A stretch of DNA of 64,000 nt from Auanema rhodensis (lineage: Eukaryota > Animalia > Nematoda): the NCBI GenBank assembly GCA_964057225.1, contig CAXKVF010000076.1:62001-126000 (forward strand), read 5' to 3'. The position numbers were made by a program, and so were the translations under genes. Under the pieces are notes generated by a model. The model made no database searches, was not told where the DNA came from, and was given only the letters and a program-made list of their open reading frames with translations. How positions within the stretch are numbered: the stretch's first letter is position 1; every line of letters begins with the position of its first letter. This document shows positions 1-12,500 of the stretch, piece by piece.

Positions 1-176
1 TTCACGTGAAAGATAAAGAGATGCGGTTTTCAAAATTAGATTCCCCATGTCCATATTAGTCTAAAAACAAATTTTTATTGATATTAGTTCATGGTAACCA
101 TGACTTTGAAATTTACGTGAACTTTAATTTATGCTAATTAAATGTACACGTGATGTGCACTTGGTATGTAACTCGC
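1..176 (+). repeat. Representative monomer (monomer 1; differs from the consensus only by G86A)
   Basis: Consensus has 56 G+C of 176 and five CpGs (positions 5, 24, 116, 149, 174). Dyads at 1-10 TTCACGTGAA, 27-35 TTTT-C-AAAA, 62-77 TAAAAA-CAAA-TTTTTA, 89-103 TCATGGT-A-ACCATGA, 123-142 TTTAATT-N6-AATTAAA, 143-148 TGTACA, 147-152 CACGTG and 155-160 GTGCAC. Confidence 0.98.
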
Positions 177-2112
177 TTCACGTGAAAGATAAAGAGATGC
201 GGTTTTCAAAATTAGATTCCCCATGTCCATATTAGTCTAAAAACAAATTTTTATTGATATTGGTTCATGGTAACCATGACTTTGAAATTTACGTGAACTT
301 TAATTTATGCTAATTAAATGTACACGTGATGTGCACTTGGTATGTAACTCGCTTCACGTGAAAGATAAAGAGATGCGGTTTTCAAAATTAGATTCCCCAT
401 GTCCATATTAGTCTAAAAACAAATTTTTATTGATATTAGTTCATGGTAACCATGACTTTGAAATTTACGTGAACTTTAATTTATGCTAATTAAATGTACA
501 CGTGATGTGCACTTGGTATGTAACTCGCTTCATGTGAAAGATAAAGAGATGCGGTTTTCAAAATTAGATTCCCCATGTCCATATTAGTCTAAAAACAAAT
601 TTTTATTGATATTGGTTCATGGTAACCATGACTTTGAAATTTACGTGAACTTTAATTTATGCTAATTAAATGTACACGTGATGTGCACTTGGTATGTAAC
701 TCGCTTCACGTGAAAGATAAAGAGATGCGGTTTTCAAAATTAGATTCCCCATGTCCATATTAGTCTAAAAACAAATTTTTATTGATATTGCTTCATGGTA
801 ACCATGACTTTGAAATTTACGTGAACTTTAATTTATGCTAATTAAATGTACACGTGATGTGCACTTGGTATGTAACTCGCTTCACGTGAAAGATAAAGAG
901 ATGCGGTTTTCAAAATTAGATTCCCCATGTCCATATTAGTCTAAAAACAAATTTTTATTGATATTGGTTCATGGTAACCATGACTTTGAAATTTACGTGA
1001 ACTTTAATTTATGCTAATTAAATGTACACGTGATGTGCACTTGGTATGTAACTCGCTTCACGTGAAAGATAAAGAGATGCTGTTTTCAAAATTAGATTCC
1101 CCATGTCCGTATTAGTCTAAAAACAAATTTTTATTGATATTGCTTCATGGTAACCATGACTTTGAAATTTACGTGAACTTTAATTTATGCTAATTAAATG
1201 TACACGTGATGTGCACTTGGTATGTAACTCGCTTCACGTGAAAGATAAAGAGATGCGGTTTTCAAAATTAGATTCCTCATGTCCATATTAGTCTAAAAAC
1301 AAATTTTTATTGATATTGGTGCATGGTAACCATGACTTTGAAATTTACGTGAACTTTAATTTATGCTAATTAAATGTACACGTGATGTGCACTTGGTATG
1401 TAACTCGCTTCACGTGAAAGATAAAGAGATGCGGTTTTCAAAATTAGATTCCCCATGTCCATATTAGTCTAAAAACAAATTTTTATTGATATTGGTGAAT
1501 GGTAACCATGACTTTGAAATTTACGTGAACTTTAATTTATGCTAATTAAATGTACACGTGATGTGCACTTGGTATGTAACTCGCTTCACGTGAAAGATGA
1601 AGAGATGCGGTTTTCAAAATTAGATTCCTCATGTCCATATTAGTCTAAAAACAAATTTTTATTGATATTGGTTCATGGTAACCATGACTTTGAAATTTAC
1701 GTGAACTTTAATTTATGCTAATTAAATGTACACGTGATGTGCACTTGGTATGTAACTCGCTTCACGTGAAAGATAAAGAGATGCGGTTTTCAAAATTAGA
1801 TTCCCCATGTCCATATTAGTCTAAAAACAAATTTTTATTGATATTGGTACATGGTAACCATGACTTTGAAATTTACGTGAACTTTAATTTATGCTAATTA
1901 AATGTACACGTGATGTGCACTTGGTATGTAACTCGCTTCACGTGAAAGATAAAGAGATTCGGTTTTCAAAATTAGATTCCCCATGTCCATATTAGTCTAG
2001 AAACAAATTTTTATTGATATTGGTTCATGGTAACCATGACTTTGAAATTTACGTGAACTTTAATTTATGCTAATTAAATGTACACGTGATGTGCACTTGG
2101 TATGTAACTCGC

Positions 2113-5104
2113 TTCACGTGAAAGATAAAGAGATGCGGTTTTCAAAATTAGATTCCCCATGTCCATATTAGTCTAAAAACAAATTTTTATTGATATTGGT
2201 TCATGGTAACCATGACTTTGAAATTTACGTGAACTTTAATTTATGCTAATTAAATGTACACGTGATGTGCACTTGGTATGTAACTCGCTTCACGTGATAG
2301 ATAAAGAGATGCGGTTTTCAAAATTAGATTCCCCATGTCCATATTAGTCTAAAAACAAATTTTTATTGATATTGGTTCATGGTAACCATGACTTTGAAAT
2401 TTACGTGAACTTTAATTTATGCTAATTAAATGTACACGTGATGTGCACTTGGTATGTAACTCGCTTCACGTGAAAGATAAAGAGATGCGGTTTTCAAAAT
2501 TAGATTCCCCATGTCCATATTAGTCTAAAAACAAATTTTTATTGATATTGGTGCATGGTAACCATGACTTTGAAATTTACGTGAACTTTAATTTATGCTA
2601 ATTAAATGTACACGTGATGTGCACTTGGTATGTAACTCGCTTCACGTGAAAGATAAAGAGATGCGGTTTTCAAAATTAGATTCCTCATGTCTATATTAGT
2701 CTAAAAACAAATTTTTATTGATATTGGTTCATGGTAACCATGACTTTGAAATTTACGTGAACTTTAATTTATGCTAATTAAATGTACACGTGATGTGCAC
2801 TTGGTATGTAACTCGCTTCACGTGAAAGATAAAGAGATGCGGTTTTCAAAATTAGATTCCCCATGTCCATATTAGTCTAAAAACAAATTTTTATTGATAT
2901 TGCTTCATGGTAACCATGACTTTGAAATTTACGTGAACTTTAATTTATGCTAATTAAATGTACACGTGATGTGCACTTGGTATGTAACTCGCTTCACGTG
3001 AAAGATAAAGAGATGCGGTTTTCAAAATTAGATTCCCCATGTCCATATTAGTCTCAACACAAATTTTTATTGATATTGCTTCATGGTAACCATGACTTTG
3101 AAATTTACGTGAACTTTAATTTATGCTAATTAAATGTACACGTGATGTGCACTTGGTATGTAACTCGCTTCACGTGAAAGATAAAGAGATGCGGTTTGCA
3201 AAATTAGATTCCCCATGTCCATATTAGTCTAAAAACAAATTTTTATTGATATTGCTTCATGGTAACCATGACTTTGAAATTTACGTGAACTTTAATTTAT
3301 GCTAATTAAATGTACACGTGATGTGCTCTTGGTATGTAACTCGCTTCACGTGAAAGATAAAGAAATGCGGTTTTCAAAATTAGATTCCCCATGTCCATAT
3401 TAGTCTAAAAACAAATTTTTATTGATATTGGTTCATGGTAACCATGACTTTGAAATTTACGTGAACTTTAATTTATGCTAATTAAATGTACACGTGATGT
3501 GCACTTGGTATGTAACTCGCTTCACGTGAAAGATAAAGAGATGCGGTTTTCAAAATTAGATTCCCCATGTCCATATTAGTCTAAAAACAAATTTTTATTG
3601 ATATTGGTTCATGGTAACCATGACTTTGAAATTTACGTGAACTTTAATTTATGCTAATTAAATGTACACGTGATGTGCACTTGGTATGTAACTCGCTTCA
3701 CGTGAAAGATAAAGAGATGCGGTTTTCAAAATTAGATTCCCCATGTCCATATTAGTCTAAAAACAAATTTTTATTGATATTGGTTCATGGTAACCATGAC
3801 TTTGAAATTTACGTGAACTTTAATTTATGCTAATTAAATGTACACGTGATGTGCACTTGGTATGTAACTCGCTTCACGTGATAGATAAAGAGATGCGGTT
3901 TTCAAAATTAGATTCCCCATGTCCATATTAGTCTAAAAACAAATTTTTATTGATATTGGTTCATGGTAACCATGACTTTGAAATTTACGTGAACTTTAAT
4001 TTATGCTAATTAAATGTACACGTGATGTGCACTTGGTATGTAACTCGCTTCACGTGAAAGATAAAGAGATGCGGTTTTCAAAATTAGATTCCCCATGTCC
4101 ATATTAGTCTAAAAACAAATTTTTATTGATATTGGTGCATGGTAACCATGACTTTGAAATTTACGTGAACTTTAATTTATGCTAATTAAATGTACACGTG
4201 ATGTGCACTTGGTATGTAACTCGCTTCACGTGAAAGATAAAGAGATGCGGTTTTCAAAATTAGATTCCTCATGTCTATATTAGTCTAAAAACAAATTTTT
4301 ATTGATATTGGTTCATGGTAACCATGACTTTGAAATTTACGTGAACTTTAATTTATGCTAATTAAATGTACACGTGATGTGCACTTGGTATGTAACTCGC
4401 TTCACGTGAAAGATAAAGAGATGCGGTTTTCAAAATTAGATTCCCCATGTCCATATTAGTCTAAAAACAAATTTTTATTGATATTGCTTCATGGTAACCA
4501 TGACTTTGAAATTTACGTGAACTTTAATTTATGCTAATTAAATGTACACGTGATGTGCACTTGGTATGTAACTCGCTTCACGTGAAAGATAAAGAGATGC
4601 GGTTTTCAAAATTAGATTCCCCATGTCCATATTAGTCTCAACACAAATTTTTATTGATATTGCTTCATGGTAACCATGACTTTGAAATTTACGTGAACTT
4701 TAATTTATGCTAATTAAATGTACACGTGATGTGCACTTGGTATGTAACTCGCTTCACGTGAAAGATAAAGAGATGCGGTTTGCAAAATTAGATTCCCCAT
4801 GTCCATATTAGTCTAAAAACAAATTTTTATTGATATTGCTTCATGGTAACCATGACTTTGAAATTTACGTGAACTTTAATTTATGCTAATTAAATGTACA
4901 CGTGATGTGCTCTTGGTATGTAACTCGCTTCACGTGAAAGATAAAGAAATGCGGTTTTCAAAATTAGATTCCCCATGTCCATATTAGTCTAAAAACAAAT
5001 TTTTATTGATATTGGTTCATGGTAACCATGACTTTGAAATTTACGTGAACTTTAATTTATGCTAATTAAATGTACACGTGATGTGCACTTGGTATGTAAC
5101 TCGC
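2113..5104 (+). repeat. 9-monomer (1584 bp) tandem duplication, monomers 13-20 vs 22-29
   Basis: The same ordered variants occur 1584 bp apart: A10T (m14/m23), T89G, C45T+C52T, G87C, A63C+A66C, T30G+A159T, G20A. Confidence 0.92.
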
Positions 5105-5984
5105 TTCACGTGAAAGATAAAGAGATGCGGTTTTCAAAATTAGATTCCCCATGTCCATATTAGTCTAAAAACAAATTTTTATTGATATTGCTTCATGGTA
5201 ACCATGACTTTGAAATTTACGTGAACTTTAATTTATGCTAATTAAATGTACACGTGATGTGCACTTGGTATGTAACTCGCTTCACGTGAATGATAAAGAG
5301 ATGCGGTTTTCAAAATTAGATTCCCCATGTCCATATTAGTCTAAAAACAAATTTTTATTGATATTGCTTCATGGTAACCATGACTTTGAAATTTACGTGA
5401 ACTTTAATTTATGCTAATTAAATGTACACGTGATGTGCACTTGGTATGTAACTCGCTTCACGTGAAAGATAAAGAGATGCGGTTTTCAAAATTAGATTCC
5501 TCATGTCTATATTAGTCTAAAAACAAATTTTTATTGATATTGGTTCATGGTAACCATGACTTTGAAATTTACGTGAACTTTAATTAATGCTAATTAAATG
5601 TACACGTGATGTGCACTTGGTATGTAACTCGCTTCACGTGAAAGATAAAGAGATGCGGTTTTCAAAATTAGATTCCCCATGTCCATATTAGTCTAAAAAC
5701 AAATTTTTATTGATATTGCTTCATGGTAACCATGACTTTGAAATTTACGTGAACTTTAATTTATGCTAATTAAATGTACACGTGATGTGCACTTGGTATG
5801 TAACTCGCTTCACGTGAAAGATAAAGAGATGCGGTTTTCAAAATTAGATTCCCCATGTCCATATTAGTCTCAACACAAATTTTTATTGATATTGCTTCAT
5901 GGTAACCATGACTTTGAAATTTACGTGAACTTTAATTTATGCTAATTAAATGTACACGTGATGTGCACTTGGTATGTAACTCGC

Positions 5985-8900
5985 TTCACGTGAAAGATAA
6001 AGAGATGCGGTTTGCAAAATTAGATTCCCCATGTCCATATTAGTCTAAAAACAAATTTTTATTGATATTGCTTCATGGTAACCATGACTTTGAAATTTAC
6101 GTGAACTTTAATTTATGCTAATTAAATGTACACGTGATGTGCACTTGGTATGTAACTCGCTTCACGTGAAAGATAAAGAGATGCGGTTTTCAAAATTAGA
6201 TTCCCCATGTCCATATTAGTCTAAAAACAAATTTTTATTGATATTGGTTCATGGTAACCATGACTTTGAATTTTATGTGAACTTTAATTTATGCTAATTA
6301 AATGTACACGTGATGTGCACTTGGTATGTAACTCGCTTCACGTGAAAGATAAAGAAATGCGGTTTTCAAAATTAGATTCCCCATGTCCATATTAGTCTAA
6401 AAACAAATTTTTATTGATATTGGTTCATGGTAACCATGACTTTGAAATTTACGTGAACTTTAATTTATGCTAATTAAATGTACACGTGATGTGCACTTGG
6501 TATGTAACTCGCTTCACGTGAAAGATAAAGAGATGCGGTTTTCAAAATTAGATTCCCCATGTCCATATTAGTCTAAAAACAAATTTTTATTGATATTGCT
6601 TCATGGTAACCATGACTTTGAAATTTCCGTGAACTTTAATTTATGCTAATTAAATGTACACGTGATGTGCACTTGGTATGTAACTCGCTTCACGTGAAAG
6701 ATAAAGAGATGCGGTTTTCAAAATTAGATTCCCCATGTCCATATTAGTCTAAAAACAAATTTTTATTGATATTGGTTCATGGTAACCATGACTTTGAAAT
6801 TTACGTGAACTTTAATTTATGCTAATTAAATGTACACGTGATGTGCACTTGGTATGTAACTCGCTTCACGTGAAAGATAAAGAGATGCGGTTTTCAAAAT
6901 TAGATTCCTCATGTCTATATTAGTCTAAAAACAAATTTTTATTGATATTGGTTCATGGTAACCATGACTTTGAAATTTACGTGAACTTTAATTAATGCTA
7001 ATTAAATGTACACGTGATGTGCACTTGGTATGTAACTCGCTTCACGTGAAAGATAAAGAGATGCGGTTTTCAAAATTAGATTCCCCATGTCCATATTAGT
7101 CTAAAAACAAATTTTTATTGATATTGCTTCATGGTAACCATGACTTTGAAATTTACGTGAACTTTAATTTATGCTAATTAAATGTACACGTGATGTGCTC
7201 TTGGTATGTAACTCGCTTCACGTGAAAGATAAAGAAATGCGGTTTTCAAAATTAGATTCCCCATGTCCATATTAGTCTAAAAACAAATTTTTATTGATAT
7301 TGGTTCATGGTAACCATGACTTTGAAATTTACGTGAACTTTAATTTATGCTAATTAAATGTACACGTGATGTGCACTTGGTATGTAACTCGCTTCACGTG
7401 AAAGATAAAGAGATGCGGTTTTCAAAATTAGATTCCCCATGTCCATATTAGTCTAAAAACAAATTTTTATTGATATTGGTTCATGGTAACCATGACTTTG
7501 AATTTTACGTGAACTTTAATTTATGCTAATTAAATGTACACGTGATGTGCACTTGGTATGTAACTCGCTTCACGTGAAAGATAAAGAGATGCGGTTTGCA
7601 AAATTAGATTCCCCATGTCCATATTAGTCTAAAAACAAATTTTTATTGATATTGCTTCATGGTAACCATGACTTTGAAATTTACGTGAACTTTAATTTAT
7701 GCTAATTAAATGTACACGTGATGTGCACTTGGTATGTAACTCGCTTCACGTGAAAGATAAAGAGATGCGGTTTTCAAAATTAGATTCCCCATGTCCATAT
7801 TAGTCTAAAAACAAATTTTTATTGATATTGGTTCATGGTAACCATGACTTTGAAATTTACGTGAACTTTAATTAATGCTAATTAAATGTACACGTGATGT
7901 GCACTTGGTATGTAACTCGCTTCACGTGAAAGATAAAGAGATGCGGTTTGCAAAATTAGATTCCCCATGTCCATATTAGTCTAAAAACAAATTTTTATTG
8001 ATATTGCTTCATGGTAACCATGACTTTGAAATTTACGTGAACTTTAATTTATGCTAATTAAATGTACACGTGATGTGCACTTGGTATGTAACTCGCTTCA
8101 CGTGAAAGATAAAGAGATGCGGTTTTCAAAATTAGATTCCCCATGTCCATATTAGTCTAAAAACAAATTTTTATTGATATTGGTTCATGGTAACCATGAC
8201 TTTGAATTTTATGTGAACTTTAATTTATGCTAATTAAATGTACACGTGATGTGCACTTGGTATGTAACTCGCTTCACGTGAAAGATAAAGAAATGCGGTT
8301 TTCAAAATTAGATTCCCCATGTCCATATTAGTCTAAAAACAAATTTTTATTGATATTGGTTCATGGTAACCATGACTTTGAAATTTACGTGAACTTTAAT
8401 TTATGCTAATTAAATGTACACGTGATGTGCACTTGGTATGTAACTCGCTTCACGTGAAAGATAAAGAGATGCGGTTTTCAAAATTAGATTCCCCATGTCC
8501 ATATTAGTCTAAAAACAAATTTTTATTGATATTGCTTCATGGTAACCATGACTTTGAAATTTCCGTGAACTTTAATTTATGCTAATTAAATGTACACGTG
8601 ATGTGCACTTGGTATGTAACTCGCTTCACGTGAAAGATAAAGAGATGCGGTTTTCAAAATTAGATTCCCCATGTCCATATTAGTCTAAAAACAAATTTTT
8701 ATTGATATTGGTTCATGGTAACCATGACTTTGAAATTTACGTGAACTTTAATTTATGCTAATTAAATGTACACGTGATGTGCACTTGGTATGTAACTCGC
8801 TTCACGTGAAAGATAAAGAGATGCGGTTTTCAAAATTAGATTCCTCATGTCTATATTAGTCTAAAAACAAATTTTTATTGATATTGGTTCATGGTAACCA

Positions 8901-9504
8901 TGACTTTGAAATTTACGTGAACTTTAATTAATGCTAATTAAATGTACACGTGATGTGCACTTGGTATGTAACTCGCTTCACGTGAAAGATAAAGAGATGC
9001 GGTTTTCAAAATTAGATTCCCCATGTCCATATTAGTCTAAAAACAAATTTTTATTGATATTGCTTCATGGTAACCATGACTTTGAAATTTACGTGAACTT
9101 TAATTTATGCTAATTAAATGTACACGTGATGTGCTCTTGGTATGTAACTCGCTTCACGTGAAAGATAAAGAAATGCGGTTTTCAAAATTAGATTCCCCAT
9201 GTCCATATTAGTCTAAAAACAAATTTTTATTGATATTGGTTCATGGTAACCATGACTTTGAAATTTACGTGAACTTTAATTTATGCTAATTAAATGTACA
9301 CGTGATGTGCACTTGGTATGTAACTCGCTTCACGTGAAAGATAAAGAGATGCGGTTTTCAAAATTAGATTCCCCATGTCCATATTAGTCTAAAAACAAAT
9401 TTTTATTGATATTGGTTCATGGTAACCATGACTTTGAATTTTACGTGAACTTTAATTTATGCTAATTAAATGTACACGTGATGTGCACTTGGTATGTAAC
9501 TCGC
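5985..9504 (+). repeat. Block repeated at an 11-monomer (1936 bp) offset, monomers 35-43 vs 46-54
   Basis: The order T30G; A111T+C116T; G20A; A115C; consensus; C45T+C52T+T130A; A159T; G20A; A111T appears in both blocks. Confidence 0.88.
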
Positions 9505-12500
9505 TTCACGTGAAAGATAAAGAGATGCGGTTTCCAAAATTAGATTCCCCATGTCCATATTAGTCTAAAAACAAATTTTTATTGATATTGGTTCATGGTA
9601 ACCATGACTTTGAAATTTACGTGAACTTTAATTAATGCTAATTAAATGTACACGTGATGTGCACTTGGTATGTAACTCGCTTCACGTGAAAGATAAAGAG
9701 ATGCGGTTTTCAAAATTAGATTCCCCATGTCCATATTAGTCTAAAAACAAATTTTTATTGATATTGCTTCATGGTAACCATGACTTTGAAATTTACGTGA
9801 ACTTTAATTTATGCTAATTAAATGTACACGTGATGTGCACTTGGTATGTAACTCGCTTCACGTGAAAGATAAAGAGATGCGGTTTTCAAAATTAGATTCC
9901 CCATGTCCATATTAGTCTAAAAACAAATTTTTATTGATATTGGTTCATGGTAACCATGACTTTGAATTTTATGTGAACTTTAATTTATGCTAATTAAATG
10001 TACACGTGATGTGCACTTGGTATGTAACTCGCTTCACGTGAAAGATAAAGAAATGCGGTTTTCAAAATTAGATTCCCCATGTCCATATTAGTCTAAAAAC
10101 AAATTTTTATTGATATTGGTTCATGGTAACCATGACTTTGAAATTTACGTGAACTTTAATTTATGCTAATTAAATGTACACGTGATGTGCACTTGGTATG
10201 TAACTCGCTTCACGTGAAAGATAAAGAGATGCGGTTTTCAAAATTAGATTCCCCATGTCCATATTAGTCTAAAAACAAATTTTTATTGATATTGCTTCAT
10301 GGTAACCATGACTTTGAAATTTACGTGAACTTTAATTTATGCTAATTAAATGTACACGTGATGTGCACTTGGTATGTAACTCGCTTCACGTGAAAGATAA
10401 AGAGATGCGGTTTTCAAAATTAGATTCCTCATGTCTATATTAGTCTAAAAACAAATTTTTATTGATATTGGTTCATGGTAACCATGACTTTGAAATTTAC
10501 GTGAACTTTAATTAATGCTAATTAAATGTACACGTGATGTGCACTTGGTATGTAACTCGCTTCACGTGAAAGATAAAGAGATGCGGTTTTCAAAATTAGA
10601 TTCCCCATGTCCATATTAGTCTAAAAACAAATTTTTATTGATATTGCTTCATGGTAACCATGACTTTGAAATTTACGTGAACTTTAATTTATGCTAATTA
10701 AATGTACACGTGATGTGCACTTGGTATGTAACTCGCTTCTCGTGAAAGATAAAGAGATGCGGTTTTCAAAATTAGATTCCCCATGTCCATATTAGTCTCA
10801 ACACAAATTTTTATTGATATTGCTTCATGGTAACCATGACTTTGAAATTTACGTGAACTTTAATTTATGCTAATTAAATGTACACGTGATGTGCACTTGG
10901 TATGTAACTCGCTTCACGTGAAAGATAAAGAGATGCGGTTTGCAAAATTAGATTCCCCATGTCCATATTAGTCTAAAAACAAATTTTTATTGATATTGCT
11001 TCATGGTAACCATGACTTTGAAATTTACGTGAACTTTAATTTATGCTAATTAAATGTACACGTGATGTGCACTTGGTATGTAACTCGCTTCACGTGAAAG
11101 ATAAAGAGATGCGGTTTTCAAAATTAGATTCCCCATGTCCATATTAGTCTAAAAACAAATTTTTATTGATATTGCTTCATGGTAACCATGACTTTGAAAT
11201 TTACGTGAACTTTAATTTATGCTAATTAAATGTACACGTGATGTGCACTTGGTATGTAACTCGCTTCACGTGAAAGATAAAGAGATGCGGTTTTCAAAAT
11301 TAGATTCCCCATGTCCATATTAGTCTAAAAACAAATTTTTATTGATATTGGTTCATGGTAACCATGACTTTGAATTTTATGTGAACTTTAATTTATGCTA
11401 ATTAAATGTACACGTGATGTGCACTTGGTATGTAACTCGCTTCACGTGAAAGATAAAGAAATGCGGTTTTCAAAATTAGATTCTCCATGTCCATATTAGT
11501 CTAAAAACAAATTTTTATTGATATTGGTTCATGGTAACCATGACTTTGAAATTTACGTGAACTTTAATTTATGCTAATTAAATGTACACGTGATGTGCAC
11601 TTGGTATGTAACTCGCTTCACGTGAAAGATAAAGAGATGCGGTTTTCAAAATTAGATTCCCCATGTCCATATTAGTCTAAAAACAAATTTTTATTGATAT
11701 TGGTTCATGGTAACCATGACTTTGAATTTTATGTGAACTTTAATTTATGCTAATTAAATGTACACGTGATGTGCACTTGGTATGTAACTCGCTTCACGTG
11801 AAAGATAAAGAAATGCGGTTTTCAAAATTAGATTCCCCATGTCCATATTAGTCTAAAAACAAATTTTTATTGATATTGGTTCATGGTAACCATGACTTTG
11901 AAATTTACGTGAACTTTAATTTATGCTAATTAAATGTACACGTGATGTGCACTTGGTATGTAACTCGCTTCACGTGAAAGATAAAGAGATGCGGTTTTCA
12001 AAATTAGATTCCCCATGTCCATATTAGTCTAAAAACAAATTTTTATTGATATTGCTTCATGGTAACCATGACTTTGAAATTTCCGTGAACTTTAATTTAT
12101 GCTAATTAAATGTACACGTGATGTGCACTTGGTATGTAACTCGCTTCACGTGAAAGATAAAGAGATGCGGTTTTCAAAATTAGATTCCCCATGTCCATAT
12201 TAGTCTAAAAACAAATTTTTATTGATATTGGTTCATGGTAACCATGACTTTGAAATTTACGTGAACTTTAATTTATGCTAATTAAATGTACACGTGATGT
12301 GCACTTGGTATGTAACTCGCTTCACGTGAAAGATAAAGAGATGCGGTTTTCAAAATTAGATTCCTCATGTCTATATTAGTCTAAAAACAAATTTTTATTG
12401 ATATTGGTTCATGGTAACCATGACTTTGAAATTTACGTGAACTTTAATTAATGCTAATTAAATGTACACGTGATGTGCACTTGGTATGTAACTCGCTTCA

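Noticed and set aside
20-154. Budding-yeast-type point centromere (CDEI-CDEII-CDEIII) on the minus strand
   Set aside because: A CDEI-like ATCACGTG is present, but the following DNA is not a >90% AT CDEII and there is no TTCCGAA CDEIII core. Point centromeres are also not tandemly arrayed.
1-176. Assignment to a named satellite of similar length (Brassica CentBr 176 bp, Arabidopsis CEN178, primate alpha 171 bp, honeybee AluI 176 bp)
   Set aside because: Only the length is similar. I do not recognise sequence similarity, and the consensus lacks AAGCTT and AGCT sites. A BLAST, Dfam or Repbase search is needed.
170-195. CENP-B box
   Set aside because: There is no match to the essential TTCG....A..CGGG pattern on either strand.
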